NCBI GenBank assembly: GCA_965279375.1 | Contig: OZ257156.1 | Span: forward strand, 32,001-96,000 | Direction: 5' to 3' | Source: Gemmatimonas sp. | Lineage (GTDB): Bacteria > Gemmatimonadota > Gemmatimonadetes > Gemmatimonadales > Gemmatimonadaceae | DNA: 64,000 bases | Notes under the pieces: generated by a model | The model's database searches: none | What the model was told of the DNA's origin: nothing | The model's input: only the letters and a program-made list of their open reading frames with translations | Shown here: piece by piece, positions 1 to 10,294 of the stretch | How positions within the stretch are numbered: position 1 is the first letter of the stretch | How the letters are laid out: each line of letters opens with the position of its first letter | Program-made: the position numbers and the translations under genes

Positions 1-262
1 TGTCGCCGGTGACGAGGAAGCCCGTCTCGAGATGCCCCTGCACTTCCGGCTCACCCATGCCCCACTTCACGAAGAGCAGATACGCGCCCCATGGGGCCTG
101 CCGATCGCCCGTCGTGTCGGTGAGGATGTCGGCTGAGTACGAGAAGCCATCGATGCCTTCGAACGCGGCAGGCCGCGCGTGCACGGCCATGTAGCCACCG
201 AGCGTGCGTTCATCTCCCTTGGACGGATCCGCCGGGAGATGTTGCCCCGGATGCGCGCTCAG
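1..262 (-). CDS. Hypothetical protein, 3' end runs off the window; start uncertain (CTG at 262 or ATG at 190)
   Basis: Manual translation gives an open frame (M)SAHPGQHLPADPSKGDERTLGGYMAVHARPAAFEGIDGFSYSADILTD...YLLFVKWGMGEPEVQGHLETGFLVTGD directly after the proline dehydrogenase stop. Not in the ORF track because it is truncated. Confidence 0.6.
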   Translation of the reverse strand, partial: MSAHPGQHLPADPSKGDERTLGGYMAVHARPAAFEGIDGFSYSADILTDTTGDRQAPWGAYLLFVKWGMGEPEVQGHLETGFLVTGD

Positions 263-1236
263 TGCGCCCCGTTGCGCGAACCATTGCGCGCGTCGTTGGA
301 GGAGCTTGAGCCACCCAGCATTTCCTTGACGATGTTGCCCGTCATGAAAGCGAGATTGGCGGGACGTTCGGCGAGGCGGCGCATGAGGTACGGATACCAC
401 TGCGTGCCAAAGGGCACATACACGCGAATACGATAGCCGTCGCGCACGAGTTGTTCTTGCAAATCGCGGCGCACGCCGTAGAGCATCTGAAATTCGAAGC
501 GGTCGGTGGCAATGTTGCGCTCCTTCGCGAAGCGCTTGGCCTCGGCGATGATCACTTCGTCGTGCGTGGCGATGCCCGGGTAGTTGCCGTGTTCCATCAG
601 ACGATGCATCGCGGCGACGTAGTTCTTGTCGACGTCGGACTTTTCCGGGAATGCGACGGTGGGCGGTTCGAGATAGGCGCCCTTGCAGATGCGCACACGG
701 CACTCGAGCCGGTTGGCGCGATCGACGTCGTCGAGGGTGCGACGCAGCGAGCTTTGCAGCACGACGCCGACGTTCTTGGGGAAGTCGGGGTAGAGCTTGT
801 GCTCGAATGTGTCGAGCGTGCGATCGGTGTACGCACTCGACTCCATGTCGAGTCGCACGAACGAGTCGTACTGCTTGGCTCGCTCGAGAACGGCACGCAC
901 CACTTCGAGGCCGAGCGTATCGGAGATGTCCTGGCCGAGCGCGGTCAGCTTGACGGAGACGTTCGCGTCGAGCTTGCGCGACTGAATGCGGTCGAGGATG
1001 TCGAGGTACTGCCGACCGGTTTCGCGGGCTTCCGCTTCGTTGGCCACGCTCTCGCCGAGCAGATCGAGCGACGCACTGATGCCCTTCGCGTTCAGCGCGG
1101 CGACGGCATCGAGGGCTGTGGTGATCGTCTCACCCGCCACGAAGCGCGACGCCATCTTGCGGGCGAAGCCGACGTTGCGGATGAAGTTGAAGACGCCCTG
1201 TTGCCGCGAGAGGTACAGCAGTGAAGTGCGAAGCAT
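259..1236 (-). CDS. Monofunctional proline dehydrogenase
   Basis: RFVAGE, DLLGE, SVKLTALG, LDME, RICKGAY, ATHD, FEFQMLYG, RVYVPFG..WYPYLMRRLAERPAN motifs; 325 aa with no P5C dehydrogenase domain. Confidence 0.95.
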   Translation of the reverse strand: MLRTSLLYLSRQQGVFNFIRNVGFARKMASRFVAGETITTALDAVAALNAKGISASLDLLGESVANEAEARETGRQYLDILDRIQSRKLDANVSVKLTALGQDISDTLGLEVVRAVLERAKQYDSFVRLDMESSAYTDRTLDTFEHKLYPDFPKNVGVVLQSSLRRTLDDVDRANRLECRVRICKGAYLEPPTVAFPEKSDVDKNYVAAMHRLMEHGNYPGIATHDEVIIAEAKRFAKERNIATDRFEFQMLYGVRRDLQEQLVRDGYRIRVYVPFGTQWYPYLMRRLAERPANLAFMTGNIVKEMLGGSSSSNDARNGSRNGAH

Positions 1237-1360
1237 GTGGAGCTGGTTGAGCCCGCGCGACGGCCGTGACGTCGCCCAGAGTTGAGTGGTCGGCTCCCGT
1301 GCCGACGCAGACTTGCCGGGGGAATATAGGCGAGGGGGCCGGGCCGGGCGGCAGTCCGGG

Positions 1361-1912
1361 CTACGTTAAGTCGTTTTGGCGGCGGATCTGCGCGGCGTGC
1401 CGGCGCTCGTGGAGTGCGATGGTGAGGATCCACTGATAGCCCGTCAATGGACCGAAGAGCGGGTGCGGCCAGCTCACGGTGCCGAGCGCCAGTCCGGAGC
1501 CCTGCAGCAGCGCGGTGACGGTCCGTTCGCGCACCGCGGCCATGCGCTCGAGCGCCTCCACCGCACTGATGCCTGAGCGCGGCACGACGACCTCCGGGGC
1601 GATGATGCGACGGGAGGTGTCACTGATCTGGAACGCGTCCATGGCGCCGAGGATCGAGCTCGAGTCAACCTCGAAGGCACCATTCGCCTGTGCCTGCTTC
1701 ATCAGCTTGGAGACGAGGCGACCGCCCGCGTCCTCGACGATGCAGAGATGGTCGAGAATCTGTGACACCGACCAGAGGTCCCCCTCGGGCGGCGCGTCGC
1801 GCTGCTCCGGCGTGAGCTGTGCGACGACCGCCAGCAGCTCTCGGCGCGCGTCTTCCAACTCGAGGAGCAGTTCAGCGATGCGCGGATGCGGAGCGGACGT
1901 CGTCGCGGCCAT
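1361..1912 (-). CDS. DinB/YfiT family four-helix-bundle protein
   Basis: WSVSQILDHL near the N-terminus, HPLFG, and C-terminal HERRHAAQI His motif. Confidence 0.85.
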   Translation of the reverse strand: MAATTSAPHPRIAELLLELEDARRELLAVVAQLTPEQRDAPPEGDLWSVSQILDHLCIVEDAGGRLVSKLMKQAQANGAFEVDSSSILGAMDAFQISDTSRRIIAPEVVVPRSGISAVEALERMAAVRERTVTALLQGSGLALGTVSWPHPLFGPLTGYQWILTIALHERRHAAQIRRQNDLT

Positions 1913-1923
1913 GGCGGTCTCGG

Positions 1924-4155
1924 TTAGGCCGGCGAGCCGGCGGCAGGGTGAAAGCGTGCGCCCGATGCGGCCATCGAGCGGAGCAACGGTGCCGCGTCGA
2001 AGCGGCCCGGGAAGTGCGCGTTGAGCACGTCGAGCTGCTGCACTACAGTAGCCGCGCCGAGCGTATCGAGATAGCGGAACGGACCACCGAGGAAGGGCGG
2101 GAAGCCGATGCCAAACACGGCACCGATGTCACCGTCGCGCGGCGATCGGATGATCCCATCCTCGAGGCAGCGCACCGCCTCGTTGAGGAGCGGGAGCACC
2201 GCACGCCGCTGCATCAGCTCCAGCTCAAACGTACGTCGCGGTACGGCGGCTGGCGCGAGCGCATAGATCGCCTCGTCCACACCATCGCGCTTGCCGCTCT
2301 CGTCGTAGCGGTAGAATCCCTTGCGGGCCTTGCGCCCGGTGCGGCCGCTCTCGATGACGCGCTGCAGCGAGGCCGAGGGCGCCATGCGCTCTCCGAACGC
2401 GGCGGACATGATGGGTCCGGACTTTGCTGCGATGTCGATTCCGACCTCGTCGAGCAGCGTGATCGGGCCGACGGGAAAGCCGAAGCGCGTGAGCGCGTCG
2501 TCCACGGCGTCGATGCGTGCGCCGTCGTCGATCAGGCGACCGCTTTCGTTGAGATAGGGCGCCAGGATGCGATTGACGTAGAAGCCCGGTCCGTCCTGCA
2601 CGACGATGACCGTCTTGCCGATCGCGCGTCCGTACGCGACGGCAGTCGCGGTTGTCGTCGCGTTGGTGTGCGGCGTGACGATGACTTCGAGCAACGGCAT
2701 TTTGTGCACCGGCGAGAAGAAGTGCATGCCGATGACGCGCTCGGGGTGCGGCGACGCCTTGGCGATGTCGCCAATGGGAATGGTGCTGGTGTTGGAGGCA
2801 AAGATGGCGTGCGGCGCGGCGGCCTCCACCTCTCGTAGTACGGCGTGCTTGACGGCGAGATCTTCGAACACCGCTTCGATGACGAGATCTGCGCTCGCGA
2901 AGCCGCTGTAGTCGGTGGTGCTGCCCACTTGCGAGAGCATGTCGTCGTACTGCGTGCGCGTGATCTGCTTGCGTTTGAGTCGTTCGCGCACGACGTCACG
3001 GATGCTGCGGTAGCCGGCGGCTAGCCGCTCTAGCGAGGCGTCACGCATGCGCACCAGCGTGGCGTGCTGCACGGCCACCGCGGCGATCCCCGCGCCCATG
3101 AACCCCGCGCCGATGATGCCCAGTTTGTGCACGGGGGCTGCCGTCGCAGTCACTCCGGTCGGCAGCCCTGTGTCCTTCTTGAGCGCCGTCGTCGCGAAGA
3201 ACAGGTAGACGAGCTGACGCGATACGTCGCTGACCGCGAGTTCGCCGAAGTGTTTCGCTTCCTCCTTGAGCCCCGCCGGAACGCCGTCGCCAAAGCCGCG
3301 CTGGATCGCGTCGATGGCCGCGAGCGGCGCCGGATAGCGCCCCTTGGTCTTCTTGAGCACGGTCTCACGTGCCTGGCGAAAGACGAGTGCGCGACCGAGC
3401 GCGTTGTCTTCCAGCAGCATCGTCGTTGCGCCATGCTTGCGTGGACGCAGCGCCGGTGAATCGCCGCGCCCCAACTGCTGCGCGCGGGCGATCGCGATAT
3501 CGAGCAGGATGGCTGGGTGCACCAGCTCGTGCACAAGTCCGATCTGCAGCGCCTTTTTTGCGCGGATGTTCTTGCCCGTGAGAATCATGTCGAGCGCCGC
3601 CTGCAACCCGACCGTTCGCGGCAAGCGCTGCGTGCCGCCGGCACCGGGAATCAGCCCGAGCTGCACTTCGGGCAAGGCGAGCACGGTTTTCGGGTGCTCG
3701 CTGGCGATGCGATGATGACAGGCGAGCGCGACTTCGAGTCCGCCACCCAACGCGGCACCGTGAATCGCCGCGACCACTGGCGTGCGGAGCGCGGCAAGTT
3801 GATCCAGCAACTGCTGTCCGCTCCGCGAGAGCGCTTCGCCCTGCGCCGCGTCGCGTACGCGCGCTAGCTCGTCGATATCGGCGCCGGCAATCCACGTGTC
3901 CGCCTTGCCACTGCGTAGCACAACGGCCGTGATGGTCGTGTCCTGCGTGAGCCGTTCGAAGATCTGCGCAAAGACTGGCCCGACACGCGTGTTGAGCGTG
4001 TTCACAGGCGATGCCGGCTGGTCGTAGGTGACGATCGCGACGCGCTCGAACAGCTGCATCGTCAGCCCGACCGTGGCATCGTGCAGCAACGGCTCGCCGC
4101 GCAGCGCGGGGTGCAGCGCTTCGCTCGATGACTCGACGGCAGCGTGATCGCTCAT
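1924..4155 (-). CDS. fadJ: Fatty acid oxidation complex subunit alpha (enoyl-CoA hydratase / 3-hydroxyacyl-CoA dehydrogenase)
   Basis: AGADI, GGGLE, LPEVQLGLIPGAGGTQRLPR, GAGFMGAGIA, EAVFED, SNTS, GMHFFSPVHKMPLLE; ATG at 4155 overlaps the fadI stop (ATGA). Confidence 0.93.
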   Translation of the reverse strand: MSDHAAVESSSEALHPALRGEPLLHDATVGLTMQLFERVAIVTYDQPASPVNTLNTRVGPVFAQIFERLTQDTTITAVVLRSGKADTWIAGADIDELARVRDAAQGEALSRSGQQLLDQLAALRTPVVAAIHGAALGGGLEVALACHHRIASEHPKTVLALPEVQLGLIPGAGGTQRLPRTVGLQAALDMILTGKNIRAKKALQIGLVHELVHPAILLDIAIARAQQLGRGDSPALRPRKHGATTMLLEDNALGRALVFRQARETVLKKTKGRYPAPLAAIDAIQRGFGDGVPAGLKEEAKHFGELAVSDVSRQLVYLFFATTALKKDTGLPTGVTATAAPVHKLGIIGAGFMGAGIAAVAVQHATLVRMRDASLERLAAGYRSIRDVVRERLKRKQITRTQYDDMLSQVGSTTDYSGFASADLVIEAVFEDLAVKHAVLREVEAAAPHAIFASNTSTIPIGDIAKASPHPERVIGMHFFSPVHKMPLLEVIVTPHTNATTTATAVAYGRAIGKTVIVVQDGPGFYVNRILAPYLNESGRLIDDGARIDAVDDALTRFGFPVGPITLLDEVGIDIAAKSGPIMSAAFGERMAPSASLQRVIESGRTGRKARKGFYRYDESGKRDGVDEAIYALAPAAVPRRTFELELMQRRAVLPLLNEAVRCLEDGIIRSPRDGDIGAVFGIGFPPFLGGPFRYLDTLGAATVVQQLDVLNAHFPGRFDAAPLLRSMAASGARFHPAAGSPA

Positions 4156-5447
4156 GCGCGCTCCACGATCATCGCGTGCCCCATGCCGCCGGCGGCACAC
4201 ACGGTCAGCATGCCGAACTGTCCGTCGCGTCGCGCCAGCTCATTCACCAGCGTGGTCAACACGCGACCGCCGGTGGCACCAAACGGATGCCCAATGGACA
4301 GCGAACCGCCCATCACGTTCAGTCGCGCTGGATCGATCTCGCCGGTGGCCGTGCTGAAGCCAGCGCGCGCGGCCCATTCGGCGCTCGCGAGTCCCTGAAT
4401 GTTGCTGAGAACCTGCGCGGCAAACGCTTCGTGCATCTCCACGAGATCGATCTCCGCCAACGACAGCCCCGCACGCTTGAGCGCCACAGGCGCGGCCAAC
4501 ACCGGCGCCTGCAGCAGCTGTTCGCCTGGATCGACGGCCGCATACGCATACGACTTGATGAACGCACGCGGCGTGTATCCCAGCGCCCGCGCGCGCTCCT
4601 CGGACATCAGCAGCACCGCGCTGCCACCGTCGGTTAGGGGCGACGCGTTGCCCGCCGTCACGGTGCCATACTGCCGGTCGAACACCGGACGCAATGCGGA
4701 CATCAGCTCGTAGCTGCTGTCGGCACGGATGCCATTGTCCGTCGCCAGCATCGACTCGAATCGTGGTGGCACCGGAACGGGCGCGATCTCGGCGGTCAAC
4801 CGACCGTCCTTCGTGCCCGCGGCGGCCTTCATGTGCGACGCAAGCGCAAAGCGATCCTGTGCCTCGCGCGTGATGCCATTGAGCTTGGCCATCTTGTCCG
4901 CCGATTGCCCCATCGACTCGCCGGTACTCGGCTCCGCGATCGCCGGGGTGATGGGCACAAAGTCACGGGGGCGCAGCTTGGCGAGCGTGGCTATCCGCTG
5001 CGACATCGTCTTCGCCTTGGACGCCGCCACCAGCACATCACTCATCCCGCGCGAATGCAGAATGGGCACCTGCGTCAGCGACTCCGCGCCACCGGCAATG
5101 GCGATGTCCGCGTGGCCGAGTGCAATCTGATCGGCCGCGTCGGTGATGGCCTGATTGGCAGACGCACAGGCGCGACCGACGGTGTAGGCCTGGAGCGTCT
5201 TGGGGAAGTGCGGCAGCAAGGCGACTTCGCGCGCGATGTTGGGCGCGACCACCGACTGCACCACGGTACCGAAGACCAGCAGGTCCACGAGCGCGCCGTC
5301 GAGGTTGCTGCGCTGCATGAGTTCCGCGACGGCAAAGCGTCCGAGCTCGATGGCGGTGTAGTCCTTGAGGGCCGTGCCGGAGCGCGCGAAGGGGGTTCGC
5401 ACGCCGTCGATGATCGCGACTCGGCGCCCGTTTCCGAAGGAGGGCAT
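4152..5447 (-). CDS. fadI: 3-ketoacyl-CoA thiolase
   Basis: GVRTPF, RACAS catalytic Cys, MHEAFAAQ, GHPFGATG, CAAGGMG. Confidence 0.93.
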   Translation of the reverse strand: MPSFGNGRRVAIIDGVRTPFARSGTALKDYTAIELGRFAVAELMQRSNLDGALVDLLVFGTVVQSVVAPNIAREVALLPHFPKTLQAYTVGRACASANQAITDAADQIALGHADIAIAGGAESLTQVPILHSRGMSDVLVAASKAKTMSQRIATLAKLRPRDFVPITPAIAEPSTGESMGQSADKMAKLNGITREAQDRFALASHMKAAAGTKDGRLTAEIAPVPVPPRFESMLATDNGIRADSSYELMSALRPVFDRQYGTVTAGNASPLTDGGSAVLLMSEERARALGYTPRAFIKSYAYAAVDPGEQLLQAPVLAAPVALKRAGLSLAEIDLVEMHEAFAAQVLSNIQGLASAEWAARAGFSTATGEIDPARLNVMGGSLSIGHPFGATGGRVLTTLVNELARRDGQFGMLTVCAAGGMGHAMIVERA

Positions 5448-5544
5448 GGCGCAAGGTAACGCAGGCCCCGAGGGGCGTCACGAGATGGCGTGGAGTTTCG
5501 CCGTCCTCTGGCGAACGGCCCTCCCGTACCGCATCTCTGCGGGA

Positions 5545-7320
5545 ATGTCAGATTCGTCCGAACCCGCAGGCCGCCTCGCCGACCAAGCGTATCCCCGAAC
5601 GGGCGCGACCGAGATCGCGATCGGTACCACCGCCGAGCGCGTCGCGCCACGCGGGGCGACGGCCGTGACGAATCGTGCCGGGACGTTGGCAGCGTTGGCA
5701 GCGGAGCCGTTCGACATCGTGGTGATTGGCGGGGGGATTACCGGGGCTGGTGTGGCGCGCGAAGCGGCGCTGGCCGGCCTGCGCACCGCGTTGATCGAGC
5801 GAGACGATTTTGCGAGTGGCACCTCGAGTCGTTCATCGCGGCTGGTGCACGGCGGCGTGCGCTATCTCGAACACGGACACTTCGCGCTGGTGTTCGAGTC
5901 GAGCCGCGAGCGGCGCGTGCTGCTGGACATGGCGCCGCATCTGGTGCGTCCCCTGCCCTTCACCTGGCCGGTGTATCGCGGCGCGCGTGTGCCCCGCTGG
6001 AAGGTCCGCGCCGGACTCACGCTCTACGATGCGCTGGCGCTCTTTCGCAATGTGCAACGGCACGAGTCGCTCGACACGGCGGCCGTGCTGGCGCGAGAGC
6101 CGGCGCTGTCTCCCGAGGGGCTGCTGGGAGGTGCGCGCTACTGGGACGCGGCCACCGACGATACACGATTGACGTTGGCCAGTGCGTTGGCCGCGCGTGA
6201 AGCGGGTGCGGTGGTGGTCAACCACGTGGCGGTTGTGGGTGGCATTCGCGGCGGCGCGTCTGCAACGCGGCTGAGTGGTGTGGCGGTTGAAGATCGACTG
6301 ACGGGCGACGGCTTTACCGTGGCAGCGCGCGTGGTGGTGAACGCCACGGGTCCGTGGAGCGACGCGACCGCCGCGCTTACGGGCGCTCCGTCAGGCGCAC
6401 AGGTGATGGGCTCGGCGGGCGCGCACATCGCCGTTCCGCGGCAGCGCTTGGGCAACAACGACGCAGTGACACTCGTGTCGCCTCTCGACGGGCGCGTGCT
6501 GTTCGTATTGCCGGCCGGTGCGCACGCCATCATCGGCACCACCGAGCGTCCGGCACAGCGCGGCCCCGACGAGATTCGCGCGACCGAACTCGAGGTGCAG
6601 TACCTGCTGCGCACGGCGAACGCGTTCTTCCCGTTTGCTGCGCTCGAGATGGGTGACGTGATCGCGGCATGGTCGGGGATTCGCCCGCTCGCAGCGGTGC
6701 GCGCTGCGTCGCACAGCGCCAACAGTGCCTCGCGCGAGCACGCCGTGATGCATCGCGACGACGGGCTGGTGAGTGTGACAGGCGGCAAGCTGACGACCTA
6801 TCGCGCCATGGCGGCCGACGTGTTGGCGCACGCAGTGCAAGAGTCGGGACGCGGCGGCGCAACGATGTCGTCCAATACTCAGCTTCAGCCGAGCGACCGT
6901 ACGCCGCTACCCGGAGGCGACATCAGCTCACGCGAGGCGCTGATGCAGGAGGCGCGCACGACCGTGCATGACGCGGCGGTTGGTGAACGACTGGCGTTGG
7001 CGTACGGGTCGCGGTGGCGCAACGTGTGGAGCTACGCGCAACGCGATGCCTCGCTGTCGCGGCGATTGGTCGAGGATTTGCCGTATCTCGTCGCTGAGGT
7101 CCCGCATGCGGTGGAGCGCGAGCTGGCCTGTACGTTGGCCGATGTGCTGGTGCGTCGCACGCACGTCGCGTTCGAGACGCGCGACCATGGGCGTGCAGCG
7201 GCCCGACGTATCGCGCCAATGATGGGCGCCATGCTGGGATGGAGTGCGCTGGAACAGGACGAGCAGATTGCCGCGTATGATCGAGACGCCGCACGGCTGT
7301 TCTCGATCGACGCACCCTGA
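5545..7320 (+). CDS. glpD: FAD-dependent glycerol-3-phosphate dehydrogenase
   Basis: IGGGITGAG, DFASGTSSRSSRLVHGGVRYLE, VNATGPW, GTTE, SREH, GGKLTTYR; start moved to ATG 5545. Confidence 0.92.
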   Translation: MSDSSEPAGRLADQAYPRTGATEIAIGTTAERVAPRGATAVTNRAGTLAALAAEPFDIVVIGGGITGAGVAREAALAGLRTALIERDDFASGTSSRSSRLVHGGVRYLEHGHFALVFESSRERRVLLDMAPHLVRPLPFTWPVYRGARVPRWKVRAGLTLYDALALFRNVQRHESLDTAAVLAREPALSPEGLLGGARYWDAATDDTRLTLASALAAREAGAVVVNHVAVVGGIRGGASATRLSGVAVEDRLTGDGFTVAARVVVNATGPWSDATAALTGAPSGAQVMGSAGAHIAVPRQRLGNNDAVTLVSPLDGRVLFVLPAGAHAIIGTTERPAQRGPDEIRATELEVQYLLRTANAFFPFAALEMGDVIAAWSGIRPLAAVRAASHSANSASREHAVMHRDDGLVSVTGGKLTTYRAMAADVLAHAVQESGRGGATMSSNTQLQPSDRTPLPGGDISSREALMQEARTTVHDAAVGERLALAYGSRWRNVWSYAQRDASLSRRLVEDLPYLVAEVPHAVERELACTLADVLVRRTHVAFETRDHGRAAARRIAPMMGAMLGWSALEQDEQIAAYDRDAARLFSIDAP

Positions 7321-7404
7321 TTGATGGCCACATCGCTGTCCAACTCGATGTCCTGATTTCGCACGCGCGTCTCCCTATATTCGGGCGGGTATCGCACGAT
7401 CCCC

Positions 7405-9108
7405 TTGAATGGAGTAGCTGGCTACATGTCGTTCACGATTGGTCTGCTCGTCGTGACGTTCTTCGCCTCGCTCGGCGGACTTGGGCTGTTCATTTGGTCC
7501 ATGTCGAATGGACTCTTCGGTCCGGAATCGGCCGCGAGTCGAGTGATTTTCGGCGCCAAGGAAATCGGTCTCGCGGAAGAGCCGGCAGCGCAGAGCATCG
7601 CAGGACAGAATGAGCTGCAGGAGACGATGAACCGCACCGGACACACGGGCGAGTTCTCCGTGCTCACCGAAGAAGAAGCGGACGAGCGGTTGGTGCAGGA
7701 CGCATCGGGAAAGTGGCCTGTGCTCCTCTGCATCGGCTTCGCGGTGGCGTGGCTCGTGGCGGCCTCAGTGTTTGGTCTGATGGCGTCCATCAAGCTGCAC
7801 GTGCCGGACTGGCTGGTAGGTCAGTCGTGGTTGACCTTCGGCCGCATTCGCCCCGCGCACCTGAACGCGGTGGGCTATGGGTGGTGCAGCCTGGCGGCCT
7901 TTGGCGTCGCGTTGTGGTTGATGCCGCGCCTGTTGCGAACGCCGCTGGTCGGTGGCAAGACGGCAGCGATTGGTGCCACGCTCTGGGGATTGGGTGTGAC
8001 CGCTGGTGTGATCGCGATTCTCACCGGCCACAGCACCGGGCTCGAGTGGCTGGAATTCCCGTGGCAGTGCGATGTGCCTATGGTGATCGGCGGCACGCTG
8101 ATGGGTGTCGCGCTGCTGCGAACGCTGCGCAATCGCACCGTCGAGCACCTGTACGTCTCGGTGTGGTACATCGCCGCCGGATTGCTGTGGCTGCCGATTC
8201 TCATCACCGTGGCCAACTGGCCGGGCGTACACCACGGCGTTCAGCAGGCGGCGATGAACTGGTGGTACGGACACAACGTGCTTGGTCTTTGGTTCACGCC
8301 GATCGGCCTCGCGGCGATCTACTACTTCATTCCCAAGGTGCTCGGCAAGCCGATTCACTCGTACAACCTGTCGCTCGTCGGCTTTTGGACGTTGGCGTTC
8401 TTCTACAGTCAGGTAGGCGGGCATCATCTCATCGGCGGCCCAGTGCCGGGGTGGATCATTTCGCTGTCGATCGTGCAGAGCGTGATGATGGTGGTGCCGG
8501 TGATGGCGGTGGCCGTGAATCAGCATCGCACGTCGTGGGGACATCTTGGCGCGCTGCGCTACTCACCCACGCTCCGCTTCGTGGTGGTGGGCGGCATGAT
8601 GTACACCCTGGCGTCGGTGCAAGGCTCGATCGAGTCGTTGCGCGTGGTGAACACAGTCACGCACTTCACACACTACACCGTCGCCCACGCGCATCTCGGT
8701 CTTTACGGCTTCTTCAGCATGGTCATGTTCGGTGCGATCTACTTCGTGCTGCCGCGTGTGCTTGATTGGGAATGGCCGTCGCATCGACTGATCAGTCTGC
8801 ACTTCTGGCTCGTGATCGGCGGCTTCGCGATCTACTTCGTGGGCCTGAGCATCGGTGGCTGGCTGCAGGGGCTCGCGATGCTCGATGCTTCCAAGCCATT
8901 CATCGACAGCGTGCAGATCACCAAGCCGTACTTGCTCGTGCGAACGATCGGCGGATCGATGATGACGCTTGGCCATCTGGTGTTCGCGCTGCACGTCGCG
9001 ATGATGCTCTCGCGCCGTGGCGTGGCGAAGACGGGACCAACGCTGCTGCGCACGCGGTCATACACACCAACGTCGGCGTCGTTGGCCATCGGAGGGAAGG
9101 TCGCATGA
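7405..9108 (+). CDS. ccoN: cbb3-type cytochrome c oxidase subunit I with N-terminal extension
   Basis: TFGRIRPAHLN, WWYGHNVLGLWFTP, IHSYNLS, GGHHL, HFTHYTVAHAHLGLYG heme/CuB ligand motifs; start TTG 7405 or ATG 7426. Confidence 0.9.
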   Translation: MNGVAGYMSFTIGLLVVTFFASLGGLGLFIWSMSNGLFGPESAASRVIFGAKEIGLAEEPAAQSIAGQNELQETMNRTGHTGEFSVLTEEEADERLVQDASGKWPVLLCIGFAVAWLVAASVFGLMASIKLHVPDWLVGQSWLTFGRIRPAHLNAVGYGWCSLAAFGVALWLMPRLLRTPLVGGKTAAIGATLWGLGVTAGVIAILTGHSTGLEWLEFPWQCDVPMVIGGTLMGVALLRTLRNRTVEHLYVSVWYIAAGLLWLPILITVANWPGVHHGVQQAAMNWWYGHNVLGLWFTPIGLAAIYYFIPKVLGKPIHSYNLSLVGFWTLAFFYSQVGGHHLIGGPVPGWIISLSIVQSVMMVVPVMAVAVNQHRTSWGHLGALRYSPTLRFVVVGGMMYTLASVQGSIESLRVVNTVTHFTHYTVAHAHLGLYGFFSMVMFGAIYFVLPRVLDWEWPSHRLISLHFWLVIGGFAIYFVGLSIGGWLQGLAMLDASKPFIDSVQITKPYLLVRTIGGSMMTLGHLVFALHVAMMLSRRGVAKTGPTLLRTRSYTPTSASLAIGGKVA

Positions 9109-9716
9109 GTCGCGAAGCGCAGGTGGACCTGACGCGGCTGATTGGCGGCGCGCTGGCGATCGTGACGTTCTCGATCATCGCCCTCGTCGTGATGCCGTAC
9201 GTACTCACGCAGCAGAAGGAGATCCCGGCCAAGCCCGCGCCGTACACCGAGTCGCAGGCAGCGGGACGTGCGGTATACATCGCGAACGGGTGCATCTACT
9301 GTCACTCGCAGCAACCGCGCGATCCAAGCATCGCGCCGGACCAGCAGCGTGGATGGGGACGTCCGTCGGTGCCGGCCGACTACGTGCACGACCAGCCGCA
9401 TCTGCTGGGCACGATGCGCACCGGGCCCGATCTGTTCAACATCGCTGTGCGCCAGCCCAGCAAGGATTGGCATCTCGGGCACCTGTATCAGCCGCGCGCG
9501 TACATCGCGCAGTCCATCATGCCGTCATATCCGTTTCTCTTTGAAGAGCGGACGGGCGATGCGCAGCCGGGCGAGGTAGTGGTGACGCTTCCGCCGGGCG
9601 CGGCGAAAGCAGGCGTGCGCATCGTGGCCAAGCCGGAAGCCGTTGCACTCGTGGACTATCTCCTGTCGCTCGATCACACCTATCCCGTACGCGCGACCAG
9701 CGGAGGTACGCCATGA
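9105..9716 (+). CDS. ccoO: cbb3-type cytochrome c oxidase subunit II
   Basis: N-terminal TM helix, GRAVYIANGCIYCHSQQPR, GTMRTGPDL, SIMPSYPFL; ATGA overlap with ccoN. Confidence 0.9.
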   Translation: MSREAQVDLTRLIGGALAIVTFSIIALVVMPYVLTQQKEIPAKPAPYTESQAAGRAVYIANGCIYCHSQQPRDPSIAPDQQRGWGRPSVPADYVHDQPHLLGTMRTGPDLFNIAVRQPSKDWHLGHLYQPRAYIAQSIMPSYPFLFEERTGDAQPGEVVVTLPPGAAKAGVRIVAKPEAVALVDYLLSLDHTYPVRATSGGTP

Positions 9717-10294
9717 GGCGCGAGACGCGCGCTCCCCGCGATCGTGAGCACGGCGATCCGGAAGAACAGGTTCGCCCGCTGCCACGCGCGCTGCTCTCGC
9801 TGGCGTTGGTCGCTGGACTCTGGGGCGGCTGGTATCTGGCGACGAGTGAGTCGGATGTCTCGCCGATGCTCGGCGATCGCCGCACGGCGGCCGCGTTTCA
9901 GGCAGCACCAGCCAATGCTACGGTGGACGGCGCGCAGGTGTTCACGGGCAAGTGCGCGGCGTGTCATCAGGCAACGGGTCTCGGCTTGCCCGGCGTGTTC
10001 CCGCCGCTCGCGAAGTCGCCGTGGGTGGTGGGTGCGGAGGAACGGCTGTTGCAGATCCTGCTGCACGGCATTCAGGGGCCCATTGAAGTGCTGGGCGCGA
10101 CGTACAACGGTGCAATGCCCGCGTGGAATACACTGAGCGACGCAGAATTGGCCGCAGTGGCCACGTACATTCGCGGTGCATTCGGCAACAGTGCGGGCGC
10201 GATTACGGCGGAGACGGTGGCGAAGGCGCGCGCGGCCACGGCGTCACGCACGACGCCGTGGTCGGGTGGCGAGGAGTTGGAGCACATCCAGTGA
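9713..10294 (+). CDS. Membrane-anchored monoheme cytochrome c (CcoP-like position)
   Basis: One TM helix, CAACHQATG.GLPGVFPPL, axial Met in YNGAMP. Confidence 0.88.
   Translation: MRRETRAPRDREHGDPEEQVRPLPRALLSLALVAGLWGGWYLATSESDVSPMLGDRRTAAAFQAAPANATVDGAQVFTGKCAACHQATGLGLPGVFPPLAKSPWVVGAEERLLQILLHGIQGPIEVLGATYNGAMPAWNTLSDAELAAVATYIRGAFGNSAGAITAETVAKARAATASRTTPWSGGEELEHIQ

Noticed and set aside
7405..9108. Nitric oxide reductase NorB instead of an oxygen reductase
   Set aside because: The WWYGHN and IHSY motifs and a following CcoO-type subunit fit the cbb3 family.
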